Shown in pieces: positions 10,332 through 20,182 of a stretch of 64,000 nt of DNA (positions are counted from its first letter, which is position 1; each line of letters begins with the position of its first letter). The stretch is from Bacillota bacterium (lineage in GTDB: Bacteria; Bacillota; Clostridia; Christensenellales; SZUA-584), in contig JAEWQS010000006.1 of NCBI GenBank assembly GCA_023399095.1, positions 4,550 through 68,549 on the forward strand. Direction: 5' to 3'. A model generated the notes under the pieces. The model saw only the letters and a program-made list of their open reading frames with translations. It did no database searches and was not told the DNA's origin. The position numbers were made by a program, and so were the translations under genes.

Positions 10332-10691
10332 TCAGACAGAATTGATTTCATTCTGCACCTTTTTGGTCAACGAATGCAAAACAAGATCATGCGACTTATC
10401 AAGCATGTCCTTCAGAACGTCATCAGGCACTTCTCCGTTTAGATCGACGGAGTTCCAATGCTGCTTGTTCATATAATAGCCAGGCCTTATGTCCTCATAC
10501 TGGCTGCGCAAAAACTCGCCGAAAGGAGGCTCAAGCTTTACAGTCATGATTGAGCGGCCATCACTATCTTGACCCTGCATAACAAACATCTTGCCGCCAA
10601 CCTTATAAAGCAGTGCTCCCCATTCTGTCTTGTATTCCTTTTCTACGCCTTTCTTTGTTAAGCAGTAATCTTCTATCCAAGTATATTTCAT
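10332..10691 (-). CDS. MmcQ/YjbR family DNA-binding protein
   Basis: About 119 aa; ...WGALLYKVGGKMF...KLEP......Y..I.PGYYMNKQHWNSV matches the family pattern. Confidence 0.75.
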   Translation of the reverse strand: MKYTWIEDYCLTKKGVEKEYKTEWGALLYKVGGKMFVMQGQDSDGRSIMTVKLEPPFGEFLRSQYEDIRPGYYMNKQHWNSVDLNGEVPDDVLKDMLDKSHDLVLHSLTKKVQNEINSV

Positions 10692-10705
10692 AAGACGTTC
10701 TCCTG

Positions 10706-11083
10706 TTATTTATTTTTAAGCAGATCTCTGATTTCAGTCAGCAAAACTTCTTCTTTGGTTGGCTCGGGCGGAGATGGTGGAGCGGAAGGCTTCTCTTCTT
10801 TTTTAAACTTGTTCATGATTCTGATAATGATAAAAATACATAATGCAATAATGAGAAAATCTATGATGCTCTGAATAAAGCTGCCATACGCAATTGTCGC
10901 ATCACCTACTTTATAGCTCATGTCCTTTAAGTCAAGGCCTCCGCTGATGATACCGATAAAAGGCATGATGACATCGTTCACAAGCGATGATACGATTTTG
11001 CCAAAGGCGCCGCCTATAATCACACCAACAGCGAGGTCTATGACATTACCCCTTGAAATAAACTCTTTGAATTCTTTAATCAT
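10706..11083 (-). CDS. mscL: Large-conductance mechanosensitive channel
   Basis: [41 protein letters not shown] is the canonical MscL N-terminus. Confidence 0.92.
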   Translation of the reverse strand: MIKEFKEFISRGNVIDLAVGVIIGGAFGKIVSSLVNDVIMPFIGIISGGLDLKDMSYKVGDATIAYGSFIQSIIDFLIIALCIFIIIRIMNKFKKEEKPSAPPSPPEPTKEEVLLTEIRDLLKNK

Positions 11084-11189
11084 ATCGGCTCTCCTTAATA
11101 AAATGCCACAATACAGATGGATGCATTGCGGCTGAAAACATAATGTGGTAATTATATTATACTGATATTCGTAATGATTTCAATTCGTT

Positions 11190-12470
11190 TCAGACTGCGA
11201 TGCTAAAAAAATTTTCATATATGGCAGCTTCTTTTTGTTGGCTTTCATGGCAAAGATCAGTAAACTCATCAAGTCTGCCAATCAACGTATCAACAACTTT
11301 TGTGCAAATGGCCTTTTCTTGTGCCATACTTTTCAGAACCCTCACAATCTGCGTTTGAGACATGCCGTTGCGGTAAGGCCTGTCCTCGGTGATGGAAGTA
11401 AAAATATCCGCAACAGCCATAATGCGTGAGCCAAGAGGGATGCTTTCCTCACTCAATTGAAACGGATATCCTTTGCCGTTAAGCTTTTCATGGTGAAGCG
11501 ATGCCCATTTGTTGATCACTTCAAATCCGGCAATTGTATTCAGCAGTCGATACGTATGGAATGTATGACCCCGTATGATATTGAACTCTTTACGATTGAG
11601 CGCTGACGGTTTTTCAAGCACAGAATTCGGAACGGTCAGCTTTCCGAAGTCATGAAGATATCCGGCTATAAGCAGCATTTTGCACTCGTTCTGTGAAAAG
11701 CCGCTTAGCTCGCCCAGCCTTTTGGCAACAGCGGCCACGCCCGCAGAATGTGTTGCTGTGAAATGACTTCGAAAATCAATAATGAATGAAATCATCCGCG
11801 TCACATCGAGAAGCTCATCGATGTTGAGGGGCATCATCGCAAAAATGCGCTGAGTCGGCAAATAGTTCAGCGGAGCGGATTCAAGCAAACTGAGCCAAAT
11901 ATGGTCAGATTTTTTTAATTCTTCAAGAGCCTTAACTGATTCGGGCATAAATTTAGTATCGGAGTTCTTAGCGATGCTGTTTATGACGTCAGGCACCTGC
12001 TCAATAGCACTCTGCTTCGGGTTGAATTTTACGCAAACACGGTCTGCAAGATGAAGGATATGGCTGCTTATGGGCACTTCCTTATCAAGGAAGTGTAAAC
12101 CTGATCCAAAGACCCAAGAAATATGATGATACCGGACAATATCAGCAATAGTCGAAAAGACAGGCACTTCTTCCAGAAGCTTTGCGCTGCGAAACGCATG
12201 GCTGTTGACTGTGACAGGTTCTTCTTCGATGAGCATCAATTTTTCATCGTTGGATAAAGCACCGATATCATGAAGCATACCGGCCATTAGCAGCTCGCGG
12301 CAAGCGGCATCATCGAGCCCCATTTGTTGGCCAATATGGTAAGATAAAAATGCAACCTGCTGATGATGGCTGGTGTATTCTGCCGCGATCAGGTCAACTG
12401 CGTTGGATATACATAAAAGCATGTCGTATTGGTTAACTAACAAAGCTGTCATCTCCTTGAAGCAATACAA
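11190..12470 (-). CDS. Tandem HD-domain protein; the C-terminal module is a canonical HD-GYP c-di-GMP phosphodiesterase
   Basis: Module 2 has HS.GVA...LHDFGK...HHEKLNGKGYP. Module 1 has LHDIGAL, and where GYP is expected it has RYHHISWVFGSG. Confidence 0.8.
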   Translation of the reverse strand: MYCFKEMTALLVNQYDMLLCISNAVDLIAAEYTSHHQQVAFLSYHIGQQMGLDDAACRELLMAGMLHDIGALSNDEKLMLIEEEPVTVNSHAFRSAKLLEEVPVFSTIADIVRYHHISWVFGSGLHFLDKEVPISSHILHLADRVCVKFNPKQSAIEQVPDVINSIAKNSDTKFMPESVKALEELKKSDHIWLSLLESAPLNYLPTQRIFAMMPLNIDELLDVTRMISFIIDFRSHFTATHSAGVAAVAKRLGELSGFSQNECKMLLIAGYLHDFGKLTVPNSVLEKPSALNRKEFNIIRGHTFHTYRLLNTIAGFEVINKWASLHHEKLNGKGYPFQLSEESIPLGSRIMAVADIFTSITEDRPYRNGMSQTQIVRVLKSMAQEKAICTKVVDTLIGRLDEFTDLCHESQQKEAAIYENFFSIAV

Positions 12471-12578
12471 GCCTTTTTTTATTTACCACGATATCATAAG
12501 TTTAATCAGAACTTATAAAAAATGAGCAAAATAAAAATGACTCCTTGTCTATGAAAGACAAAGAGTCACTAAATAACA

Positions 12579-12827
12579 TCAGTCCAGAATCACCATTTGA
12601 GCTTTTACACTTGGCAGTACATTAAGCGCTTTTTCCAGCTTCAGCATTTCGTCCTTCTCCCCTGTCAGCTGTAAAATGAGAATGCCTTCCTCGGAACAAA
12701 CATTATCCGTTTCATGCAGCCCAAGCCGAACCTTAATGGAACAACCAAATTGAGACAGCACCTCTTGAACCTTTGGTGAATGTTCTCTGCGCTCACCGAT
12801 TTTTACAACCATAATATAACATGTCAT
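12579..12827 (-). CDS. TM1266-type 'iron-only hydrogenase system regulator' (small ACT-like protein)
   Basis: About 82 aa; the pattern I..V......SPKVQEVLSQFGC.I..RLGLHE....CS..G.I.L.L.G matches the family. AAAGGAGAG lies upstream of the ATG at 12827. Confidence 0.6.
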   Translation of the reverse strand: MTCYIMVVKIGERREHSPKVQEVLSQFGCSIKVRLGLHETDNVCSEEGILILQLTGEKDEMLKLEKALNVLPSVKAQMVILD

Positions 12828-12900
12828 CGTATCTCTCTCCTTTCTGCACACTGCTTATTAATACCTTGTATTCAAGATTATAATCAAAAAGGATGAAGGC

Positions 12901-13554
12901 TCACGGCTTTTTTTCAAGGGATCTTTTCAAATGCTTTGATAACAGCGACAAAGATACGGCCATGTTTTCATTTTGGACAAGTATGTGCTCGGGTACCTTG
13001 AGATGAACGGGCGCAAAGTTCCAGATCGCTAAAATCTCGCTGTTAACAAGTCTGTCGCATACCTCCTGAGCTGCTGAGTCCGGCACGGTAATAATACCGA
13101 TATGAATATGCATACGGTTGCAGATATCTTCAAGCTTATCCATTGTCAATACAGGTATTGAATTGATAGTTGAGGAAACTGGCAGCTTATCAAACGCTGC
13201 CGCGATTCTTATACCGTAGTCTTCAAATCCTTTGTACGACAACAACGCTCTGCCAAGCTGACCATTGCCAACGAGCACAGCTTCTTTTGTATTGTCGTAG
13301 CCGAGAAAAGAAGAGATGCTTTCTATGAGCTCAGTAATCAGAAAACCCTTCTTGGGCTTTCCGGCACTTATGCTGACAGCTGCAATATCTTTGCGCACCT
13401 GCACTTCATTTAGCCGCATCGCCTTGGCAATTGTCGGTGACGAGATATAGACCATGTCGTCTTGTTGAAGTGTCTTGAGAAAGTTCAGATAATCGGGGAG
13501 CCTCCTAAGCGTCTGTTTTGATATGACGGAGAGTTGTCTGGCTGAATCGGCCAT
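12901..13554 (-). CDS. rex: Redox-sensing transcriptional repressor Rex
   Basis: N-terminal winged helix (RLP.Y...L......ISS..IA) and Rossmann motif LVGNGQLGRAL. Confidence 0.9.
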   Translation of the reverse strand: MADSARQLSVISKQTLRRLPDYLNFLKTLQQDDMVYISSPTIAKAMRLNEVQVRKDIAAVSISAGKPKKGFLITELIESISSFLGYDNTKEAVLVGNGQLGRALLSYKGFEDYGIRIAAAFDKLPVSSTINSIPVLTMDKLEDICNRMHIHIGIITVPDSAAQEVCDRLVNSEILAIWNFAPVHLKVPEHILVQNENMAVSLSLLSKHLKRSLEKKP

Positions 13555-13589
13555 CGCTGCACCTCCAATTTGGTATGTTTATACCGATA

Positions 13590-13618
13590 ATTCTATATTG
13601 ATATCGAAAGTGTGTCAA
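13590..13618 (-). promoter_or_regulatory. SigA-type promoter candidate for rex
   Basis: On the minus strand, TTGACA is followed by a 17-nt spacer and TAGAAT, about 35 nt upstream of the rex start. Confidence 0.45.
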
Positions 13619-13619
13619 C

Positions 13620-13654
13620 AAAAAAGCAGCAGCAAGCTCAAGACCTGCTGCTGC
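13620..13654 (-). terminator. Rho-independent terminator after the chemoreceptor gene
   Basis: 9-bp GC-rich stem GCAGCAGCA/TGCTGCTGC followed by a T-run on the minus strand. Confidence 0.6.
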
Positions 13655-13676
13655 GCAAAAGAGCTTATTCTTCTTC

Positions 13677-16034
13677 CTAGTATAGACAATTAAAATCATC
13701 AAACGGCGGTGCATCCGGCAGAGCAAGGGGCTCATATACGTGAGCAAGCCCAGGTATAGAGTCATCACCATTGCTATCTGTTTTCAGCTTAAACTGTTTC
13801 ACTAAGCTTTTGAGTGTTTCAGCCTGGCTATAAAGCTGCTCGGCTGCCGCCGCGCTTTGCTGAGACGTGGCGGAGTTGGTCTGGACAACAGCAGACATCT
13901 GTTCAACGCCCTGATTAATCTGAGAAATACTTGTTGCCTGTTCGATGGATGAGACGGCGATCCCCCCTACCAGAACCGCAGCCTTTTCAACACCCGCAAC
14001 GATATCCGAAAGCGATGATGCCGTTTCCTCCGCAATTTTGGTTCCGGCCTCCGTCTTTTTGATTGACCCTTCAATAAGAGCCGTGGTTTCCTTTGCTGCC
14101 TGCGCACTTCTGGCTGCAAGATTTCTTACTTCCTCCGCGACCACAGCGAAGCCTTTGCCGTGCACCCCCGCACGTGCGGCTTCCACAGCAGCGTTCAACG
14201 CGAGTATATTGGTTTGAAACGCAATGTCGTCAATCACCTTAATGATCTTGGATATATTGGCGGACGTATCGTTGATTTCCTGAATGGCCTTTTGCATATT
14301 GCGCATCTGTACGTCGCCGCTGGCTGCACTCCGTTTTGCTTCCATGACAAGCTCGTTGGCTTTGTCGGCATTCTGTGCGTTTTGCTTTGCAGCTTCTGCG
14401 ATCTGTAAAATTGAAGCTGTCAGTTCCTGAATGGAAGCGGCCTGCTCTGCAGCCCCCTGAGATATATTTTGGCTGCCATCTGAAACCTGCCGAGTGCCCG
14501 AGGCCACCTGCTCTGCAGCGATATTGATTTCAGATAACACTTCGCTTAAAGAAAAAGTGATATTATTGATGGAATCCTTAAGCGCTACAAAATTGCCTTT
14601 GTATTCTGCTGAGATACTGACACTCAGATTACCTCCGGCAATGCATTGCAGAAGCTCTGAGATTTCATCGATGTAATTTCTGATAGCGCTGATTGTTTGA
14701 TTGAGCGCGTTCTTAATAATCGCATGATCACCTTTATATTCATTGACAAGCGTCACGTCAAGGTTGCCCTTTGCCATTTCCTGAAGCACTCCCGCTGCAT
14801 CGCCAATGGGTATCGTCACGGCGTCAAGTGTGTTGTTAATGCCAACGATGATTTTTCTAAAGCCGCCTTGATGACGCTCTGCATCTGCTCTGGCGGATAG
14901 GTTTCCATCTAGGGCAGTTTGTGTGAGCATGCTGGTATCTGCGACGAGAGATTTGATGGATTGCATCACGCGATCGAAAGATGCCGCCAAAACGCCAATC
15001 TCGTCTTTACGCCGATAATTGAATGTGATATCCGTTTCGCCGGCAGCTATCTTCGTGGCTTTATCTGCGATAGTTAACAACGGCTTTCTGATGCTTCGTC
15101 TAACAAAAAGAAAAATAGATAATACAGCAATCAGCACAATACCTGCAGAAACAGAGACAGACATGATAACCGCCTGACTACGGCTGTTTTCAATTTCGGT
15201 AAGCGGCATTGCAGCAGCCAAAACACCGATTGTATCACCATTGTTGTCATAAAGCGGGGCGTATTTGGCTAGGTATGGAATGTTAAGTATGCTTGTTGTG
15301 CCGGAAAATTCTTGACCATTGCTCAGAACAACTCCAGCAATGTCGGCATCCAGCTTTGTGTCGACTGCACGCTGATCATCTTGTTCAATTGTTGTGACAT
15401 AACGCGAATCACCTTGATACATCGTAAATTCCAGACCGTGATTGCTCTTGAGATCATCGAGCAGGTTTGTCTTATTGAGCTGAGTGATTGTCACAATGCT
15501 GCCCACGATCTGCTTATCCGCATTATATGTAGGCACAGCCGAGATGCAGTATATTCCAAACTGATCGTTCTGATACACACCGGCTGTGCTTTCTCCTGCC
15601 AACGCCTTCTGCAGCGCACCCATTGATTCGCTGATGTTTTTGCCGAGAGGAATTTCTTCCGTCGATGAATAGATGGTATTGCCGTTGATGTTCGTAATCA
15701 CAATAAAATCAAACCCGGTATTTTGGTAATCGCCGATAATTTCCGTGGCATTTATAAAATTACTTCGTTCAATAGCCCGGATTAAGTCGAAGTTATCTGA
15801 ATAGAAATTCGCGCCCTTTATGCAGTCTTGCGTGATGCTTTCAAGATAAGAGTTTAAATTCAAAAAAGCTCTGTCAACCTGATGCGACAGCAAACCATCG
15901 GAAAAAGCACTGTTCTGGTTTTGTGTGACATAGACACAAATTGTGACAACCAAAATGAACATCGAAATAATGACAATGAGTATTCTTGCAGATAGGCTTT
16001 TTAGCCCTCTGGCCTTTGATTCACCCTGTTTCAT
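13677..16034 (-). CDS. Methyl-accepting chemotaxis protein (dCache-type sensor, HAMP, MA domain)
   Basis: Signalling hairpin [20 protein letters not shown], an N-terminal TM helix, a periplasmic domain, a second TM helix and HAMP. ATG at 16034 follows GAAGGGGTGA. Confidence 0.9.
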   Translation of the reverse strand: MKQGESKARGLKSLSARILIVIISMFILVVTICVYVTQNQNSAFSDGLLSHQVDRAFLNLNSYLESITQDCIKGANFYSDNFDLIRAIERSNFINATEIIGDYQNTGFDFIVITNINGNTIYSSTEEIPLGKNISESMGALQKALAGESTAGVYQNDQFGIYCISAVPTYNADKQIVGSIVTITQLNKTNLLDDLKSNHGLEFTMYQGDSRYVTTIEQDDQRAVDTKLDADIAGVVLSNGQEFSGTTSILNIPYLAKYAPLYDNNGDTIGVLAAAMPLTEIENSRSQAVIMSVSVSAGIVLIAVLSIFLFVRRSIRKPLLTIADKATKIAAGETDITFNYRRKDEIGVLAASFDRVMQSIKSLVADTSMLTQTALDGNLSARADAERHQGGFRKIIVGINNTLDAVTIPIGDAAGVLQEMAKGNLDVTLVNEYKGDHAIIKNALNQTISAIRNYIDEISELLQCIAGGNLSVSISAEYKGNFVALKDSINNITFSLSEVLSEINIAAEQVASGTRQVSDGSQNISQGAAEQAASIQELTASILQIAEAAKQNAQNADKANELVMEAKRSAASGDVQMRNMQKAIQEINDTSANISKIIKVIDDIAFQTNILALNAAVEAARAGVHGKGFAVVAEEVRNLAARSAQAAKETTALIEGSIKKTEAGTKIAEETASSLSDIVAGVEKAAVLVGGIAVSSIEQATSISQINQGVEQMSAVVQTNSATSQQSAAAAEQLYSQAETLKSLVKQFKLKTDSNGDDSIPGLAHVYEPLALPDAPPFDDFNCLY

Positions 16035-16109
16035 GTTATCACCCCTTCTATTTAATAAAAAATTATATATGAAAAAATGCTGCGATTTTTTCAAAAACGT
16101 TTTGTCAGA

Positions 16110-16568
16110 TTAATCTATGGAAGACTCCCTGTACATAAAAGTGACATGTCCCGCTTGGGAGAATCCGTTCTTCTTATAAAATTTAAGCGCCGGCATATTC
16201 TTATCGGTTAGAAGCGTGATACCGGCGAGATTATTTTTCCGTGCATATTGTTCAAGAAAATCAAGAAGAGCCGTGCCCCAACCCTTGCGCTGTGCGCTGC
16301 GGCGAATAAATAATTCCTCAATAAACAGCTCATCTTGTGTCCACCATGTTTTTTCACGGCATAGGGCACAGCCGATGAGAATACCGCCATCAGTTGCCTC
16401 AAAACCGACAAACCGGGGCATATCAATAAGCTCACCAAGTAGCTTTTTGGCGGATTCATGAGACCAGTTTTGATTCCAAGAATCCCCGCTATAGACTTCC
16501 GCCATAAGAGCGGCGTAGTCATCAAGCTTTTGTTTTGTTAGAGCCTGAATTTGCATAAGCTGCCTCAT
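16110..16568 (-). CDS. GNAT family N-acetyltransferase
   Basis: Acetyl-CoA motif RRSAQRKGWGTALL. 4-nt overlap with the upstream GNAT gene. Confidence 0.8.
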   Translation of the reverse strand: MRQLMQIQALTKQKLDDYAALMAEVYSGDSWNQNWSHESAKKLLGELIDMPRFVGFEATDGGILIGCALCREKTWWTQDELFIEELFIRRSAQRKGWGTALLDFLEQYARKNNLAGITLLTDKNMPALKFYKKNGFSQAGHVTFMYRESSID

Positions 16569-17032
16569 TTGCTTAAGATAAGGATCATGTCATCGTGACG
16601 ATCATTTTGCACAAACCCGAGATTGTTGTATAAGGGTTTGCCTGCTTCAGTTGCGGTTAGCTCGATACTAGACAACGCAAGATTTCTGGCATCGTCAATA
16701 ATTCTGTTCATAAGCTGTTTGGCAATACCGCGACGGCGATATTCTTTAATTGTATACACATTCAGCAGCAGTCCGGTTCTTCCGGACAAAAATCTTGGGT
16801 TGGCTGGCTTTTCCTGTACGACCAGGAAAGCAGTAGCGATAGCATGATTGTTGGTCTGAGCGATATATGCGATAAAGTCATGCGGCAGATGTGCTCTAAA
16901 ATAGCCGGGTAGCTGCGCGCGTATCTGGGCTTGCTGTGCATCATTCAGCGAGCCAAAGTGTTCGGTGAGATAATCAATTCTTAATTGAATCAAATCGAAT
17001 ATATCATCTGATGTGGCTTTGCGAATTATCAT
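16565..17032 (-). CDS. GNAT family N-acetyltransferase
   Basis: Acetyl-CoA motif EYRRRGIAKQLM. Confidence 0.8.
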   Translation of the reverse strand: MIIRKATSDDIFDLIQLRIDYLTEHFGSLNDAQQAQIRAQLPGYFRAHLPHDFIAYIAQTNNHAIATAFLVVQEKPANPRFLSGRTGLLLNVYTIKEYRRRGIAKQLMNRIIDDARNLALSSIELTATEAGKPLYNNLGFVQNDRHDDMILILSK

Positions 17033-17193
17033 TTGGATATGTTCCTCGATCTTTGTTTAGTAAAGGCTGCACTAGCAATAGCTGAGGATGCTGAAGATGT
17101 CGAAGTGACCTTTTTGAGCGTTGTACGGTTTTTCACACATTATGATATCCAAACAAGGAGCGCTCGCGTTGATTGTGCCCTATATCTTACCTG

Positions 17194-18108
17194 CTAAATT
17201 GTACCATTTAATCTTGAGAGCACATACCGACCGCTTTGAGAAAGCTGCTCCTGTGTCCAGTTTCCAAGCGGTGCTCCCACAGACAGCGCCGCACTTGTTT
17301 CATCCCGGTCACCAAGGTTCCAGTTGCACCAGCTGATTTCATGCTGCGCGAGAAACCTGAGCCAGACATCGCTTTCGTTTAAGAACACCCCACCGTTCCC
17401 GTCAGCCGCGCTTGTGCCCCATTCGCTGGCAAAGATGGGCGCTCCCATTTCGAGTGCCTTTAGGCATTTGCTGCGGAGTTCGTCACCGTGTGTTCCCGCA
17501 TAGAAGTGCAGCGTATACATAATATTGTCAAATTCAAGCGGGTCGGCCGCGCATATATCCACGTCCTGACTCCAAGTCGGGCATCCGGCCAGAATAACAG
17601 AATGAGGTGCGTTTTTGCGAATGATTGGTATAACTTTTTGTGCGTAGGATTTAACGTTTTTTGCCCAAGTGACTTCGGCTCCGTTGGGCTCGTTACAAAT
17701 TTCGCAAATGACGCCGGGGGTATTTTTGTAATATCTGCTTATGTAATCAAAGAAAGACTGCGCTTCTTCCAAATGAACAAGCGGATCATTATCAAACATA
17801 ATGTGCCAGTCGATAATGGCATACATGTCCAGCGCAAGCGTGTCATCCACAGCACGGATGACATCTTTAACGATGGACCGATTCGTCAAATATCCGCCTT
17901 CATCCGTATACATCGCAACGCGAAAAACATTGGCCCCCGCTTGCTTTGTGGTGCGGATGGATTCGGTACGAGCAAACTGTGGATACCATTGCATACCGTG
18001 GCTGCTCATGCCGCGGAGCACGACTTTGCGTCCACTCTGGTCTAATAGGTTAATGCCGGAAACATTCAGATTTCCATGATAAGAAACACCATGCCATTCA
18101 ACACTCAT
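17194..18108 (-). CDS. Glycoside hydrolase family 5 (endoglucanase/cellulase type), no signal peptide
   Basis: Acid/base motif ICNEPNG, nucleophile motif FASEWGTS and an N-terminal LRG.S.HG..W motif. Confidence 0.85.
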   Translation of the reverse strand: MSVEWHGVSYHGNLNVSGINLLDQSGRKVVLRGMSSHGMQWYPQFARTESIRTTKQAGANVFRVAMYTDEGGYLTNRSIVKDVIRAVDDTLALDMYAIIDWHIMFDNDPLVHLEEAQSFFDYISRYYKNTPGVICEICNEPNGAEVTWAKNVKSYAQKVIPIIRKNAPHSVILAGCPTWSQDVDICAADPLEFDNIMYTLHFYAGTHGDELRSKCLKALEMGAPIFASEWGTSAADGNGGVFLNESDVWLRFLAQHEISWCNWNLGDRDETSAALSVGAPLGNWTQEQLSQSGRYVLSRLNGTI

Positions 18109-18364
18109 AATAACACCGCCACTTAATCGTTTTCGAATTATGTTTTATATTACTATCTATTGCTGATAAATGCAATAAATTATCGAATATTAACGACAAA
18201 AAAGAGTTTACTATCATGAAATGATTAAAAATTGATAGGTCGATAATTAAAAAAAATAAAGCTATATTGAACAGCTTAAACGATTTCGCTCTGTTTTTCT
18301 TATTTTCTTCTCATCTTGATAAAAAAAGCACCCTTCAGGCCGCTTAATAAAATCTATCCAGAAA

Positions 18365-18850
18365 TTATTTTTGTATGGAAACAGCAGAATCGGAAAGCTC
18401 TGTCTTCGTCAATTGTTCATATTTTAGCTTTTCCTTCTGCCCCAGATCATTTGTGTTGATAGTATTGCGGTAAACCACAAAACGCGTAAACATAAATTCC
18501 GTAACAAAGTTGATAACCATCGTTCCTGCTAGCACTATGTATTCATTCCAGCCGATATTGGTCAGCGCTTGGCCCCACCATGTGGACAAAGGGGTAAAAA
18601 CCAAGTAATAGCCAAAAACCTTCATCATAGCAAGAGGAAAGTTGGCAGTCGATTTAAAGGTAAATCTTCTGTTCACAGTAAAATTATAGACAACAGAAAG
18701 AATAAGCGCAAAAAGGTAGCATGGCCAATACGGTAAACCTGCCAATTCATTCAGGAGAGTAAAGCTGCCGAATTGAATGATGCCGGCAGACGCTGAGAAA
18801 AGCGTAAATTTGATAAACTGAAAAAAGTTCTGTTTTCTGGATAATTCCAT
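18365..18850 (-). CDS. GtrA family membrane protein
   Basis: Four TM helices; F..F..FS.SAG...F...... and N...NRRFTF motifs. The ATG at 18850 has GGGGGAGA upstream. Confidence 0.75.
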   Translation of the reverse strand: MELSRKQNFFQFIKFTLFSASAGIIQFGSFTLLNELAGLPYWPCYLFALILSVVYNFTVNRRFTFKSTANFPLAMMKVFGYYLVFTPLSTWWGQALTNIGWNEYIVLAGTMVINFVTEFMFTRFVVYRNTINTNDLGQKEKLKYEQLTKTELSDSAVSIQK

Positions 18851-18997
18851 GATTGATCTCCCCCGCTTCATAAAATCAGCATGATCAACTTTAATTCATT
18901 ATATTTCATGCCTGTCCACATGTAAACAACACATATAAGCAAAGAACGCAGGAAGATTGTATATCAATCCTGCGTTTTCTGTTAGATAGTGGCTAGA

Positions 18998-20056
18998 TTA
19001 GAATATAAGATTCTCGTCAAAGAATGGTATGATGTGTTCTTGCGCACTTTTCGGCGGCACTTCATGCCTGCCCTCAAAGACAAAGAGCGTATGATCAATT
19101 TCGTTCTCCGTAAGAAGATCAGAGAAAAACTGTGTACCTTTGGGTATCCACGTATATGCGTCGTTTGTTCCGTAGCTAAGCCCGATAGCTCGAAGCGGTG
19201 TACCCAGCGCCAGATAGGCATCAAGTTTTTCCTTTACATTGCCAAAGCCGTTCTCCCATTGCTCAACGATGATATCGTCTTCTTCGCTTCCATCAAGCTT
19301 GGGTATATGGCCAAGTAGCTCTGTGTCTGAATCAGGCGAGAATGTGCGTGCATAATCAGTTAGAAATGAACCGTCACGCCGCCAAGATTCCATAGCCTCC
19401 GTCATGCCGTCCTCCGTTAATAAGCCGGGAGACATGGAATATACTGCCCCGAAAATATCCGGATGACGTAATGCGAGGTTCAGCGAACCAAAGCCGCCCA
19501 TCGAAAAACCACAGATTCCGCGGGATTCAGAGCTTTTCATTGTCCTGTAGGTGTCGTCGACCAGCGGAATGACCTCATCCATGATATAGTCTTCCCAATT
19601 ACCGGTAACTGGCGAATTGACATAGTAATACAAATCTCCTTGAACTTCTACAAATATAAATTCTTTAGCATCTGATTCGAAGGCTTCATCAAATCGGGTC
19701 TGGTTGCTGTTCATGTAGCCCCCAACGCCTTCTCCATGGCCATGGAGGTAATAGACGACAGGATACGCTTTTTCACTCGTATAATACGAGGGCGGCAAAT
19801 AGACCCATATGGCCTTCCTAGGCAGGTTATCAATGATATTATTCTGCAGGCTGACAGAATCCAGCATCAATCTGACCCGCCGGAGCTCAGAGACGGTTTC
19901 CGTCGGCTCGGTCGTTGCAGATAGCGTGACAGTGGCCTCTTCGGACACTGACGGTGAAGGAGACTCTTCCTGGATTACATCCGGTGTGGCTGAAGAACAT
20001 GCAACCGTTGATAATGTGAGAAGGATACATAAAATGTACAGGATACTTTTTTTCAT
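18998..20056 (-). CDS. Secreted lipoprotein esterase (alpha/beta hydrolase, 'putative esterase' family)
   Basis: Lipobox LSTVAC after a signal peptide. Nucleophile elbow GFSMGG and a YLHG oxyanion region. Confidence 0.8.
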   Translation of the reverse strand: MKKSILYILCILLTLSTVACSSATPDVIQEESPSPSVSEEATVTLSATTEPTETVSELRRVRLMLDSVSLQNNIIDNLPRKAIWVYLPPSYYTSEKAYPVVYYLHGHGEGVGGYMNSNQTRFDEAFESDAKEFIFVEVQGDLYYYVNSPVTGNWEDYIMDEVIPLVDDTYRTMKSSESRGICGFSMGGFGSLNLALRHPDIFGAVYSMSPGLLTEDGMTEAMESWRRDGSFLTDYARTFSPDSDTELLGHIPKLDGSEEDDIIVEQWENGFGNVKEKLDAYLALGTPLRAIGLSYGTNDAYTWIPKGTQFFSDLLTENEIDHTLFVFEGRHEVPPKSAQEHIIPFFDENLIF

Positions 20057-20182
20057 AGATAATCCTTTCCTTTCAAAATTTACAAAGCATCTAAAATAGT
20101 ATAAAATACAAATAATGAACAAAACGAACATTTCTTGCTCATTTTACTTATGATCAATTTGTAAGAGTCGGGAGTTTGAACA

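Noticed and set aside
17488-18079. Plus-strand ORFs (185 aa and 92 aa) inside the GH5 gene
   Set aside because: They are antisense shadows. The minus-strand product has both GH5 catalytic motifs.
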